Shown here in pieces: positions 11,051 through 21,178 of a DNA stretch of 64,000 nucleotides. Source of the DNA: Candidatus Deferrimicrobiaceae bacterium (GTDB taxonomy: Bacteria; Desulfobacterota; Deferrimicrobia; Deferrimicrobiales; Deferrimicrobiaceae); assembly GCA_963792415.1 (NCBI GenBank), contig CAWBVY010000007.1:96001-160000 (forward strand). The letters are read 5' to 3'. The position numbers were made by a program, and so were the translations under genes. Numbering within the stretch: position 1 is the stretch's first letter; each line of letters opens with the position of its first letter. The notes below the pieces were generated by a model that ran no database searches, was not told where the DNA came from, and saw only the letters and a list, made by a program, of their open reading frames with translations.

Positions 11051-12562
11051 GTGGCGGAGAATTTTCACCAGCTGATGATGGGCATCAGCGTCTCGATGCA
11101 GCCGTACAATTTCATGATCGCCATGATCGGGCTGGTGCTCGGGGTCATCGTGGGCGTCCTTCCGGGATTGGGGGGAGCCAACGGGGTCGCCATCCTCATC
11201 CCCCTCACGGTGGCTATGCAACCCATCTCGGGCATCATCCTGCTGGCGAGCATCTACTGGGGAGCGCTCTACGGCGGGAGCATCACGTCCATCCTGTTCA
11301 ACATCCCCGGGGAACCGTGGTCCGTTGCGACCACGTTCGACGGCTACCCGATGGCAAAGAAGGGGAATGCCGGAAAAGCGCTCGTTCTGTCGTTCTTTTC
11401 CCACTTCGTCGGCGCGGTGCTCGGCGTCATCATGTTGAGCTTCTTCGCGCCTCTCATCGCGGCCTTTGCGTTGCGGTTCGGTCCCGCCGAGATCTTTTCC
11501 GTGATGGTGCTCACATTCAGCGCGTTCGTGGGCTTAAGCGGGAAGGATCCTTATAAAACGCTCGTCTCCATCTTTCTCGGGTTCATCCTGGCCGCGGTCG
11601 GGATGGACATCGTCACTGGACAGTTGCGAATGACGTTCGGTTCGATCGACCTGATGGGCGGGTTCAACTTCATCGTCGCGGTCATCGGCCTGTTCGGGTT
11701 GGGGGAGATCTTCCTCACGGTCGAGGAAGGCCTCAAGCTCGAGTCGACGGAGGGCGGCAGGGTCACGTTCAAGGATATGGCGTGGGGAGTAAAGGAACTG
11801 ATTATTGAATGGAGGGCGCTTCTGCTGGGCTGCCTCATCGGGTGCTGGATGGGTCTCAAGCCCGGCGGCGCGACCCCCGCCTCCTTCATGGCGTACGGGT
11901 TCGCCAAGCAGAGCAGCAAGAAAGGCGACGAATTCGGGAAAGGGGCTTCCGCGGGGATCATCGCCCCCGAAGCGGCCGCCCACGGCGCGGGAACGTCCGC
12001 CGCGCTTCCCATGATCACCCTGGGAATCCCCGGATCGCCTACCATGGCCGTCATCATGGGCGGTCTCATGATCTTCGGGCTGCTGCCCGGACCGATGCTC
12101 TTTGTGGAACACCCCAGTTTCGTATGGGGCTTCATCGGCAGTTGCTGGATCGGAAACTTCATCGGCCTTCTGGTCGTGCTGGCGTTCGCGCCGGTGTTCG
12201 CAGCGGTCCTCAAGATCCGGTTCGCCATCATCATGCCGATCATCGTTTACGTCTGCTCCATCGGCGCCTACGCCGTGAACAACCGGATGATCGACATCTA
12301 CTACATGATCGGGTTCGGCGTCATCGGATATCTCTTCAAGAAACTCGACTATCCTCTCGCGCCGTTGGTCCTGGCGCTGGTGCTGGGAGACATGGCGGAG
12401 TCCGCGTTGCGGCAGGCGCTCCTCATTTCCGGGGGCAGCCCTCTCGTCCTGGTCCAACCCCCCATCGCGCTGCCGATCATGGTCGCGGCGGGGCTCATCT
12501 TCTTCTGGCCGTCGATCTCTGGTATAATAAAGAAAAGGCGCGTAAAGGTCGGACCCGGCTGA
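11051..12562 (+). CDS. tctA: Tripartite tricarboxylate transporter permease TctA
   Basis: GVLPGLG, YWGALYGGSITSILFNIPGE, DGYPMA, LPMITLGIPGS. Confidence 0.92.
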   Translation: MAENFHQLMMGISVSMQPYNFMIAMIGLVLGVIVGVLPGLGGANGVAILIPLTVAMQPISGIILLASIYWGALYGGSITSILFNIPGEPWSVATTFDGYPMAKKGNAGKALVLSFFSHFVGAVLGVIMLSFFAPLIAAFALRFGPAEIFSVMVLTFSAFVGLSGKDPYKTLVSIFLGFILAAVGMDIVTGQLRMTFGSIDLMGGFNFIVAVIGLFGLGEIFLTVEEGLKLESTEGGRVTFKDMAWGVKELIIEWRALLLGCLIGCWMGLKPGGATPASFMAYGFAKQSSKKGDEFGKGASAGIIAPEAAAHGAGTSAALPMITLGIPGSPTMAVIMGGLMIFGLLPGPMLFVEHPSFVWGFIGSCWIGNFIGLLVVLAFAPVFAAVLKIRFAIIMPIIVYVCSIGAYAVNNRMIDIYYMIGFGVIGYLFKKLDYPLAPLVLALVLGDMAESALRQALLISGGSPLVLVQPPIALPIMVAAGLIFFWPSISGIIKKRRVKVGPG

Positions 12563-12653
12563 GCCAAGCGGGCCGAAGCCATTTTTATCGGAACTTGTTG
12601 GATATAAAGGCGAAATGCATCTGTGACCGTACGTCCGGTACTTGGAACTGAGA

Positions 12654-12709
12654 AGAAGCGGCCTGGGGGAAGGGCACCGTACCCCATCCTTGGCCGCTTC
12701 TCTTTTTTT
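12654..12709 (+). terminator. Terminator-like hairpin after tctA
   Basis: AGAAGCGGCC...GGCCGCTTCT followed by a T-tract. Confidence 0.55.
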
Positions 12710-12723
12710 CCGGGGATCCGGCG

Positions 12724-13665
12724 ATGACGTCGCCGGGAAAGATCCTCATCACCGGCGGCGCAGGGTCGTGCGGGAGGCATCTGACCGCATCGCTCCTGGG
12801 GCGGGGGTACGAGGTGCGGGTGATCGACAAGGACGTGGAGCCCCTCCGCTCCGTCGCGAACAAGGGGCTTGCGCTCTTCCGGGCCGGGGTGGAAGACAGG
12901 GACGCCCTGAAGTCGGCGGTGGATGGGGTGGACGCCGTCCTCCACCTCGCCTGGTCTTTTTCCGAAGATCCCCTGGTCGTCCTGGAGCAGGACCTGAGAG
13001 GCCACATCTACCTGCTCGAGGAGATGGCCTCCCGGAAAGTACGGCACCTGATCTACGCGAGCACGGCGGTGGTGTACGGGAAACCTCGGTATTCCCCCAT
13101 CGACGAACAGCATCCCCTTCTCGTGGAAGAGGCGAGAAAACCCCTCTACGGGATCGCGAAGGCCGCCGCCGAGAAACTGTGCCTGATGTACGGAAAGACC
13201 AAGGGACCGCCGGCCACCGTCGTCCGTTTCTGGTGGGCGTACGGGGACGATATCGGCGGCAAACATCTGCGAGAGATGCTCAAGACCGCCTCGGCGGGAA
13301 CCCCCCTGGAGGTCCCCGGCGATTCCGGCGGATCATTCCTCCACATGGCGGACCTGGCGCAGGGGATGGAACGATGTCTTTTCAACCCCAAGGCGTACGG
13401 GCGGACCTGGAATTTCTCCACCGTCTACGTCACCTGGGAAGAGGTGGCGGAAATGGTCCGCGACGTGACCGGCTCGCGCTCCGGGATCCGGAGCATCCCC
13501 AGGGAGGAATGGACGGGCGCTGCGTTTCTTTCCGACCGTTGGGAATTGTCCGATTCCGCGGCCAGGGAATTCCTCGGTTTCCGTCCCATGGACGCCGCTG
13601 CGGCGAAGGCATCCCTGAAAGTCGCGATCACCAACTGCTGGGAGGCGATGCGCAGGAATACGTAA
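12724..13665 (+). CDS. NAD-dependent epimerase/dehydratase (extended SDR)
   Basis: ILITGGAGSCG Rossmann motif, ASTAVVYG, YGIAK (YxxxK). Confidence 0.85.
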   Translation: MTSPGKILITGGAGSCGRHLTASLLGRGYEVRVIDKDVEPLRSVANKGLALFRAGVEDRDALKSAVDGVDAVLHLAWSFSEDPLVVLEQDLRGHIYLLEEMASRKVRHLIYASTAVVYGKPRYSPIDEQHPLLVEEARKPLYGIAKAAAEKLCLMYGKTKGPPATVVRFWWAYGDDIGGKHLREMLKTASAGTPLEVPGDSGGSFLHMADLAQGMERCLFNPKAYGRTWNFSTVYVTWEEVAEMVRDVTGSRSGIRSIPREEWTGAAFLSDRWELSDSAAREFLGFRPMDAAAAKASLKVAITNCWEAMRRNT

Positions 13666-13719
13666 TCCCTCCGTAACGATAAGATCCCAATCCCCTGGTA
13701 AGAGAAACGATGGAGGTAT

Positions 13720-14559
13720 GTGATGTTTGATTTGAGCTGGCTGGGTTCGATTTCCCTGGATTCGTTCATACCTGCGGTGCTCGGCGCCGTCCGGCACGAC
13801 TTCGGTTGGTTGGGGTGGATCTCCTTCGACTACCAGTTCTTATCCGCATTGGGGGCCATCATCCTGATCGACCTGGTCCTGGCGGGCGACAACGCCGTCG
13901 TCATCGCCCTGGCCGTCCGGAACCTTCCCGGGAAACAGAAGATGTGGGGCATCATCCTGGGGTCCGGCGCCGCCGTCCTGCTGCGGGTCATCTGCACCAT
14001 GTTCGTGGCGCAGATGCTGATGATCCCTCTGCTGAAATTCGTCGGAGGGGCGTTGATCCTCTGGATCGCGGTGAAACTCCTGACGCAGGAGCACGAGGAC
14101 GAAAAGGTCGACCAGGCGAAGAACCTGATCCAGGCGATCAAGTTGATCGTCATCGCGGACATCGTCATGAGCCTCGACAACATGCTGGCGGTCGGGGGCG
14201 CGTCCAAGGGGAACATGTTCCTGCTTCTCTTCGGGCTGGGGTTGAGCATCCCTCTCGTCGTCGGGACCAGTTCCCTCCTTTCCATGCTGATGGGCAAGTA
14301 CCCGATCATCGTCGTCATCGGCGCCGCCGTCCTGGGGAAGGTCGCGGGCGAGATGATGACGACCGATGCACTGGTCCAGAAGTGGTTCGCCCTCCCGCAC
14401 TATGTGACCATAATCGCCGAGATCACGTTCGCCATCGGGGTCGTCGTGGTCGGGAAACTGATCATGAAGCGCAGGAAGGCGCAGAGGGAATCGGTCGAGG
14501 CGGCGGGTTTGCCGGTGTCGGAGAGCGAACCGGAAAAAGCGCCCGTGAAAGACAAATAA
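13720..14559 (+). CDS. TerC/YjbE-family membrane protein
   Basis: IDLVLAGDNAVVIALA, ADIVMSLDNMLAV motifs. Confidence 0.9.
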   Translation: MMFDLSWLGSISLDSFIPAVLGAVRHDFGWLGWISFDYQFLSALGAIILIDLVLAGDNAVVIALAVRNLPGKQKMWGIILGSGAAVLLRVICTMFVAQMLMIPLLKFVGGALILWIAVKLLTQEHEDEKVDQAKNLIQAIKLIVIADIVMSLDNMLAVGGASKGNMFLLLFGLGLSIPLVVGTSSLLSMLMGKYPIIVVIGAAVLGKVAGEMMTTDALVQKWFALPHYVTIIAEITFAIGVVVVGKLIMKRRKAQRESVEAAGLPVSESEPEKAPVKDK

Positions 14560-14684
14560 CCCCCCCTGCGGGGGCGATTTCGCCGGTTACGATTCCCATG
14601 AAGTGCGGCCGTCCGTTGTATTCCGGACGGCCGTTTCATTATAATGACGGGTACGTCTGAAACCATGCCTCGTGGAGGGTGCTG

Positions 14685-17345
14685 ATGGCCAGAAGCGCGA
14701 AAAAGTATGTGTATTTTTTCGGGAAGGGCAAAGCCGACGGAACCGGGAAGATGAAGGACCTGCTGGGCGGAAAAGGGGCGGGACTGGCCAACATGACGAA
14801 CCTGAAGATCCCGGTGCCCGCCGGGTTCACCATCACCACGGAAGCGTGCAACGCGTACTTCGAGAGCCGGAAGAAGTACCCCGCCGGCATGTGGGAACAG
14901 GTGCTCGCCAACCTGAAGAAGGTGGAGACGGCGATGGGGATGAAGTTCGGGGACGCGAAAAACCCCCTCCTCGTGTCCGTCCGTTCCGGCTCGAAATTCT
15001 CCATGCCCGGGATGATGGACACGATTCTCAACCTCGGGCTCAACGACACGACCCTCAAGGCCCTCGCCGACAAGGCCGGGGACCGGTTCGCGTTCGACAC
15101 CTACCGCCGGCTGATCACCATGTTCGGAAGCACTGCCATGGGGATCGATCGCCAGCTGTTCGAAAAGGCGCTGGAGCGGATGAAGGAAGCCAGGGGGGTC
15201 CACCTCGACACGGAGCTTGCGACGGAAGATCTCCGGGAACTGGTCGGGATCTTCAAAGGCATCTACGCGAAGGAGACGGGAAAGGGTTTTCCGGCGGACC
15301 CGCTCCAGCAGCTGAAGCTGGCAATCGATGCCGTCTTCAGTTCCTGGTTCTCCGACCGGGCGGTCACGTACCGGAGGCTCAATAACATCCCGAACGATCT
15401 CGGGACGGCGTGCAACGTCCAGGCGATGGTCTTCGGGAACATGGGCGAGAACTCGGGAACCGGTGTCGGCTTCACCCGGGACCCCTCCACCGGCGAGAAG
15501 AAGTTCTTTGCCGAATATCTCACGAACGCGCAGGGCGAGGACGTCGTGGCCGGCATCCGGACCCCCCTGCACATAGACGAGCTGAAGAAGCAGCAGCCCG
15601 CCGTGTACGGAGAGCTCGAAAAGATCTACCGGAAACTGGAAACCCACTACAAGGACATGCTGGACATCGAATTCACCGTCCAGGACGGCAAGCTCTACAT
15701 GCTGCAGACCCGGGTCGGGAAACGGACCGCCGCCGCGTCCCTGAAGATCGCCATCGACATGGTCCGGGAGAAGCTGATCGACAAGAAGACGGCGGTCATG
15801 CGGATCGACCCCGTGCAGCTCGAATGGCTCATGCATCCCTCCTTCGACCCGAAGGCGTCCGTTCAGGTCATCGGGAAGGGGCTGCCGGCCTCGCCCGGCG
15901 CCGCGGTCGGCAAAGTCGTTTTCTCGGCGGAGGACGCGGAAGCGTGGGCCGCCAGGGGGGAAAACGTGGTCCTGGTCCGGACCGAGACCTCCCCGGAGGA
16001 TATCGGCGGGATGCACGCGGCCCAGGGGATCCTCACGGCCCGGGGCGGGATGACGTCCCATGCGGCCGTGGTGGCGAGGGGGATGGGCAAATGCTGCGTC
16101 GCGGGGTGCGGCGCGCTCCACATCGATGAGGGAACGAAGACGATGACCCTCGGGTCGCGCGACCTGAAGGAGGGCGATTTCATCACCCTGAACGGCACCA
16201 CGGGGGAAGTCATCCTCGGGCAGGTTCCCCTCGTCCCCGCCGATCTCAGCGGCGATTTCCACTTGATCCTGAAGTGGGCCGACGAGATCCGGGAGCTGGG
16301 AGTCCGCGCCAACGCCGACACGCCGGCCGACGCCCGCATGGCGCTCAAGTTCGGGGCCGAGGGGATCGGGCTCGTCCGCACGGAGCACATGTTCTTCGAG
16401 GGCATACGGGTGCAGGCGGTGCGCGAGATGATCCTGGCCGACGACACGGAAGGGCGCAAAAAGGCCCTCGCGAAGATCCTCCCCATGCAGCGGGAGGATT
16501 TCATCGGAATCTTCAAGGTGATGAACGGGCTGCCGGTGACGATCCGGCTTCTCGACCCTCCGCTGCACGAGTTCCTTCCGAAGACCCGTGAGGAACTCGA
16601 GGATATCGCCCGCGACCTGGGCGTGCCGTTCCAGAAACTGCAGGCGCGGAACAAGGCGTTGCACGAGTTCAACCCCATGCTGGGCCACCGGGGGTGCCGG
16701 CTGGGGATCACCTATCCGGAAATCTTCGAGATGCAGGTCCAGGCGATCATGGAAGCCGCCTGCGAGGTGGTCAAGCATAAGGTGAAGGCCATTCCCGAGA
16801 TCATGATCCCGCTCATCGCCGACGTGAACGAGCTGCGCGTGATGCGCGAGATGACCGTGCGGATCGCCGAGAAGGTGCTGAAAGCGCACAAGGTACGCGT
16901 GCACTACGAAGTGGGGACCATGATCGAGATCGCGCGGGCGGCGCTGCTGGCCCACGAGATCGCGCCGGAGGCCGATTTCTACTCCTTCGGCACCAACGAC
17001 CTGACCCAGACGACGTACGGCCTGTCGCGGGACGACGCGGGAAGGTTCCTGCCGTACTACGTCGAGAAGGGGATCTTCGAGCACGACCCGTTCATCACCA
17101 TCGACCGCAAGGGCGTCGGCATGCTGATGAAGATGGCGATCGCGAACAGCCGGAAAATCAAGAAGGGGATGAAGATGGGGATCTGCGGGGAGCAGGTGGA
17201 TCCGTTGTCGGTCGAGTTCTGCTACGAGATCGGGCTCACCTACGTGAGCGGCTCGCCGTTCCGGCTGCCGGTCGCCCGACTTGCCGCCGCGCAGGCGACG
17301 CTCAAGAGAAAGATGAAAAAAGGGCTGTCCAAGGCATCGCTGTAA
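14685..17345 (+). CDS. ppdK: Pyruvate, phosphate dikinase
   Basis: LLGGKGAGL, LLVSVRSG, GGMTSHAAVVARG (phospho-His), RTEHMFF, SFGTNDLTQ, GICGE. Confidence 0.95.
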   Translation: MARSAKKYVYFFGKGKADGTGKMKDLLGGKGAGLANMTNLKIPVPAGFTITTEACNAYFESRKKYPAGMWEQVLANLKKVETAMGMKFGDAKNPLLVSVRSGSKFSMPGMMDTILNLGLNDTTLKALADKAGDRFAFDTYRRLITMFGSTAMGIDRQLFEKALERMKEARGVHLDTELATEDLRELVGIFKGIYAKETGKGFPADPLQQLKLAIDAVFSSWFSDRAVTYRRLNNIPNDLGTACNVQAMVFGNMGENSGTGVGFTRDPSTGEKKFFAEYLTNAQGEDVVAGIRTPLHIDELKKQQPAVYGELEKIYRKLETHYKDMLDIEFTVQDGKLYMLQTRVGKRTAAASLKIAIDMVREKLIDKKTAVMRIDPVQLEWLMHPSFDPKASVQVIGKGLPASPGAAVGKVVFSAEDAEAWAARGENVVLVRTETSPEDIGGMHAAQGILTARGGMTSHAAVVARGMGKCCVAGCGALHIDEGTKTMTLGSRDLKEGDFITLNGTTGEVILGQVPLVPADLSGDFHLILKWADEIRELGVRANADTPADARMALKFGAEGIGLVRTEHMFFEGIRVQAVREMILADDTEGRKKALAKILPMQREDFIGIFKVMNGLPVTIRLLDPPLHEFLPKTREELEDIARDLGVPFQKLQARNKALHEFNPMLGHRGCRLGITYPEIFEMQVQAIMEAACEVVKHKVKAIPEIMIPLIADVNELRVMREMTVRIAEKVLKAHKVRVHYEVGTMIEIARAALLAHEIAPEADFYSFGTNDLTQTTYGLSRDDAGRFLPYYVEKGIFEHDPFITIDRKGVGMLMKMAIANSRKIKKGMKMGICGEQVDPLSVEFCYEIGLTYVSGSPFRLPVARLAAAQATLKRKMKKGLSKASL

Positions 17346-17358
17346 CCGCGTCGCAACC

Positions 17359-17395
17359 GAGGGGCCCCCTCCCGCCCCGAGAGGGGGCCCCTCTT
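17359..17395 (+). terminator. Hairpin after ppdK
   Basis: Perfect 13-bp stem GAGGGGCCCCCTC / GAGGGGGCCCCTC. Confidence 0.55.
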
Positions 17396-17494
17396 CCGAT
17401 TCCTTCTGGCGCCCCACTCCCGTAAGAAATGCGCTCCCTGGGGTACCCCCGCAGTAGGAAGAACGGGGGGGCATGCCTCTGGTAAGATAACAAG

Positions 17495-18010
17495 ATGCAT
17501 CGGAATCCATTCGAGCGGGAATACCTGCCGCACTCCTCGGGATGTTTCCTCTGCGGGGAAGAGAACCGCTCCGGCGTCCAGGCGCGGTTCTTCGTGGAGG
17601 GGAACGAGGTCCTGGGAAGGGTGGTCCTCCCCCTCCACCTCAACGGGTACAAGAACGTCGCCCACGGCGGGGTCGTCTCCGCGCTCCTCGACGAGACGAT
17701 GGGGTGGGCCGCCACCGTGTTCGGGAAGACGCACCCCATGTACGTCACGGGCGAGCTCACGGTGAAGTTCCTTTCCCCCGTGCCGGTCGGCGCCGAGATC
17801 GAGGTCCGCAGCCGGCTCGTCGAGGATGCGGGAAGGCTCGCCTACTGCGAGGGGGAAATCCGTTGCGGCGGGAAGGTGTGCGCCCGCGCCCGGGGGAAGT
17901 TCGTCCCGATGAGCCCGGAAGGGACGGCGGAAGTGATCCCGTACCTGCGGTTCGAGGGATGCCGACGCTTCCGGGAGATCTTCGACGCGTACCGGGGGGC
18001 GAAGGGATGA
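17495..18010 (+). CDS. PaaI-family thioesterase
   Basis: CFLCGEEN; AHGGVVSALLDETM hot-dog motif. Confidence 0.85.
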   Translation: MHRNPFEREYLPHSSGCFLCGEENRSGVQARFFVEGNEVLGRVVLPLHLNGYKNVAHGGVVSALLDETMGWAATVFGKTHPMYVTGELTVKFLSPVPVGAEIEVRSRLVEDAGRLAYCEGEIRCGGKVCARARGKFVPMSPEGTAEVIPYLRFEGCRRFREIFDAYRGAKG

Positions 18011-18011
18011 G

Positions 18012-18980
18012 TCAGCGGACGCGGACCGTGTAGGCGACGGTTCCGGGCCGTGGGCCCGGGGGGATGTCGATCGCCGCCGGTGGACTTTCGGGCGGCACGG
18101 TCCCGATCCGCCGCAGTTCATCGAGGAACCCGGCCGCCGCGGCTTCCGGCAGGATCACCCGGACCGAGCCCGCCGCGCCTTTCCCCGTCGATGCGCTTTC
18201 GCGCTCGATCCGTTCGACGATACCGCCCAATCGCGACGCCGTCTCGGCGATCCGCTCCTCCGCCCCTTCACGATTCTCCGGGTTCACCTCCACCACGAGG
18301 TCCCGTCCATACGACAGTGCGGGAAGGGGACGGGGCGGGGCGACCGGCACGATCCGTTCGGAGTCCGTGCTCGCGAGAGATACCGGCACCGACGGGAGGC
18401 TTTCCGCGGTCCAGGTTCGCGGCATCGGCAAGGAAGGGACCGCTTCCTTTGCCGTCTTCGGTTTCCCGTCCGCAAGACGGATCCCCGGGGTCGAGCTTTT
18501 GGCGGCTTCCTTCTTCGCCAACGGCGGACGGGAAGGGGACACCTTGCCGTCTTCGGAGGAGATGCCGGAAGAGACGCCGGAGGAGATGCCGGGCGGGGGG
18601 CGGACGGCGGGCGTGGAGGCTTGCTGGTACCAGTAGACGGAGGCGATCAGCAGGACGGCCGCGGCCGCCTCGAAGGGGACCCGGAACCGGGAAAGAAACG
18701 ACCGGGTCGCGCCCGCCCCCCCGGAGGTCGAACCCGGACGGGCATTCCGATCCTCCGCCTCGAGCGCCGCGAGGACCCTCGAGAGCAGTTCCGGGGGCGC
18801 CGGATCGGGGGGAAGGCCCCGGAGGAACTCCCGCACCGCGAGGAGGGAAGCGTCCGCGCCGGCGCATTCGCCGCATCCCCGAAGATGGGCGGCCAGCGCC
18901 GCTTCCCCGGCCGTGTCCAGCGTGCGGTCCTGGTGCTCGGACAACAGATTCCTGGCTTGCGTGCACTCCATCGTGTCCAT
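18012..18980 (-). CDS. Anti-sigma factor (zf-HC2 zinc finger, one TM helix)
   Basis: C...HLRGCGEC ZAS motif, TM segment AAAAVLLIASVYW; directly downstream of the ECF sigma gene. Confidence 0.8.
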   Translation of the reverse strand: MDTMECTQARNLLSEHQDRTLDTAGEAALAAHLRGCGECAGADASLLAVREFLRGLPPDPAPPELLSRVLAALEAEDRNARPGSTSGGAGATRSFLSRFRVPFEAAAAVLLIASVYWYQQASTPAVRPPPGISSGVSSGISSEDGKVSPSRPPLAKKEAAKSSTPGIRLADGKPKTAKEAVPSLPMPRTWTAESLPSVPVSLASTDSERIVPVAPPRPLPALSYGRDLVVEVNPENREGAEERIAETASRLGGIVERIERESASTGKGAAGSVRVILPEAAAAGFLDELRRIGTVPPESPPAAIDIPPGPRPGTVAYTVRVR

Positions 18981-18983
18981 CCT

Positions 18984-19586
18984 TCAAGCCACCGGAGAGA
19001 GCAGCCGGCGCATCGCCATCCGCGCGCGGTGCAGCCGGGACTTCACGGTACCCACCGGCACCTCCGCGAGGGAGGCGATTTCCTCGTACGAGAACCCCTC
19101 CACATCGGAGAGGAGCACCATCCATCTCGATCCCGGATCGAGACGGGAGAGGGCTTCCGTCAGGATCTCCCTCATTTCGCAGGTCTCCGCGAGCCGGTCC
19201 GGGCGGTCGGCCTCTCCGCCCGCCGGCTGGAAAATGATTCCTTCATCCGCCTCCCCCGACGGCTCCGGCCAGGGAGCCTCGCGCTCCGAAAGGGACTTGC
19301 GGCGCCGGATCCGGTTCAGGCAGCGATTCGCTGCGATCCGCAACAGCCACGTCGACAGAGCGGCTTCCCCGCGGAACTCCGAGAGGTTTCGCCAGGCGGA
19401 CAGAAACACTTCCTGTGCCGCATCGAGCGCATCCTCCCGGTCGGAAAGCATCCGGGCGCAGAAGGAGTAGACCCGATCCTGGTGTGCGCGAACGATCGCC
19501 TCGAAGGATCCCGGCGTCCCCTTCCGGAACCCCTCAACGAGCAGGTCGACGGGTCGTCCTTTTCCAACCGGCCTTTCCAAATCCAT
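18984..19586 (-). CDS. ECF sigma-70 factor (RpoE-like)
   Basis: DALDAAQEVFL, LSTWLLRIAAN, EGFSYEEIA...GTVKSRLHRAR. Confidence 0.9.
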   Translation of the reverse strand: MDLERPVGKGRPVDLLVEGFRKGTPGSFEAIVRAHQDRVYSFCARMLSDREDALDAAQEVFLSAWRNLSEFRGEAALSTWLLRIAANRCLNRIRRRKSLSEREAPWPEPSGEADEGIIFQPAGGEADRPDRLAETCEMREILTEALSRLDPGSRWMVLLSDVEGFSYEEIASLAEVPVGTVKSRLHRARMAMRRLLSPVA

Positions 19587-19734
19587 CTCCCCCTGTTTGA
19601 CACGGGTACCCGCGATCCGGTTCCATTCCCATTCTACTCTTCCGCCGGACCGATTGCAGTTTCCTGCCGGTTTAAGGTATTTTAGAGGCGGATCCAACAT
19701 CCCCGATCCCACGCATCGGCAAGGGAGGTTCCCC

Positions 19735-20133
19735 TTGGAGACACAGGTGCTGCTCCTGATCATCCTCACCGTCGCCGCGGTGGCGCTCGTGGTGGTCCTT
19801 TCGATCGTGCTCCTGTCGATCCGAAGGAACATGAACCGGATCACGCAGCGGCTCGACGAGTCGCTCCGGCAGTTCGAGATGACCGCCGAGGAGTGTCGTA
19901 AGACGAACGCGTCCGTCCAGGAGATCCTCTACGACGTCGAGCGGGGCGTTTCCAACGTGACGCAATTCACCGATGGCGTCCGCGCGCTCCGGGGGACGGT
20001 GGACGTGGTGACAAAGGTGTTCGATCACGCCGTGTCTCCCGCTCTCGTGAACGTCTCATCGGTTCTGGTGGGCTTCAAGGCGGCGACGTCCCACATTCTC
20101 GAGAGGTTCGTTCGAAAGGAGGAAAGGAAATGA
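19735..20133 (+). CDS. DUF948/YoxC-like membrane-anchored coiled-coil protein
   Basis: TTG start after GGGAGG; N-terminal TM helix plus helical domain; paired with a YtxH gene. Confidence 0.6.
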   Translation: METQVLLLIILTVAAVALVVVLSIVLLSIRRNMNRITQRLDESLRQFEMTAEECRKTNASVQEILYDVERGVSNVTQFTDGVRALRGTVDVVTKVFDHAVSPALVNVSSVLVGFKAATSHILERFVRKEERK

Positions 20134-20432
20134 GCGACGAAAGATGCTGTTGCGGTTCCGGCGGGGTCCTGCTGGCGTTCCTCGCCGGCGGATTGGTCGG
20201 CGCGGGGCTTGCCCTGCTGTACGCCCCCGTTTCCGGGCGCGAGACCCGGGACCGGATCGGCGGACTGGCGGAGGATCTCAAGAAGAAGACCGATTCGTGG
20301 ACCGGCGACATGAAGCAGAAGGTGGAAGGGTTTATCGACGAGGAGCGGTCCGTGATCAAGGCCGCGTACGATGCCGGTCGCGAGGCGATGTCGCGGGAGA
20401 AGACCCGCCTCGAGAACCCGAACCCGGAGTAA
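20130..20432 (+). CDS. YtxH domain protein
   Basis: FLAGGLVGAGLALLYAPVSGRETR motif. Confidence 0.85.
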   Translation: MSDERCCCGSGGVLLAFLAGGLVGAGLALLYAPVSGRETRDRIGGLAEDLKKKTDSWTGDMKQKVEGFIDEERSVIKAAYDAGREAMSREKTRLENPNPE

Positions 20433-20457
20433 GCGGGGGGCTCCCCCCGGAAGAATC

Positions 20458-20495
20458 CAGGGCGGCAACCCCGGTGTGTCGGGGTTGCCGCCCTG
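20458..20495. terminator. Hairpin between convergent ytxH and rubrerythrin genes
   Basis: 16-bp stem CAGGGCGGCAACCCCG / CGGGGTTGCCGCCCTG. Confidence 0.6.
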
Positions 20496-20505
20496 ATTCG
20501 TTGGA

Positions 20506-21078
20506 TCAGTAGTTCGCCTCGACGGGGATGAACCACCCCTTCGGATGTGCGCAGGTGGCGCATCGCTCCGGCGCCTCGGTCCCCTCGTGGACCCGGCCGC
20601 ATTTCGCGCACTTCCACCGGATCGGCTTCTCCCGCTTGTAGAGCGTGCCGTTCTTCATGTGGTCGAGGAGGCGCAGGTACCTCTTCTCGTGCTCCACCTC
20701 GACTTCGGCGACCCGGCGGAACATCGCGGCGGGGGCGGCAAACCCTTCCTCCTCGGCGATCTTCCCGAACGTCGGGTAGATGTTCGTCCACTCCTCGTGC
20801 TCTCCCGCGGCGGCGGCCTCGAGATTCACGAGGGTTCCCCCGATCTTGCTCGGGTACCCCGCCTTGATCTCCACGTCCAGTCCCTCGAGAAGCTCGAAAT
20901 ACCGCTTGGCGTGCATCTTCTCGTGTTCCGCCGTCTCAAGGAAACTGGCGGCGATCCCCTCGTGCCCCTCCTTCGAGGCGATCCCCGCGTAGAAGGTGTA
21001 CCGGTTCCGCGCCTGCGACTCGCCGGCGAACGCGGCCATCAGGTTGTGCTCCGTGCGCGATCCCTTCAGCGTTTTCAT
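20506..21078 (-). CDS. rbr: Rubrerythrin
   Basis: [28 protein letters not shown] di-iron ligands; C-terminal CAKC...CATC rubredoxin site. Confidence 0.92.
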   Translation of the reverse strand: MKTLKGSRTEHNLMAAFAGESQARNRYTFYAGIASKEGHEGIAASFLETAEHEKMHAKRYFELLEGLDVEIKAGYPSKIGGTLVNLEAAAAGEHEEWTNIYPTFGKIAEEEGFAAPAAMFRRVAEVEVEHEKRYLRLLDHMKNGTLYKREKPIRWKCAKCGRVHEGTEAPERCATCAHPKGWFIPVEANY

Positions 21079-21178
21079 GCATCCTCCGATCCGGTTGCAA
21101 TGTTAAAGCGAACGATTGTCGACAACCAATTATAAGGAGGTGCCGGGCGGCGGCGCAACGGAAAAGATCGACGGCCGT

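Noticed and set aside
13666-13719. yybP-ykoY (Mn) riboswitch upstream of TerC
   Set aside because: The intergenic space is only about 54 bp and no aptamer is recognisable.
18978-18986. Sigma factor TGA in frame with the anti-sigma start
   Set aside because: Both proteins are complete, and close spacing is normal for sigma/anti-sigma pairs.
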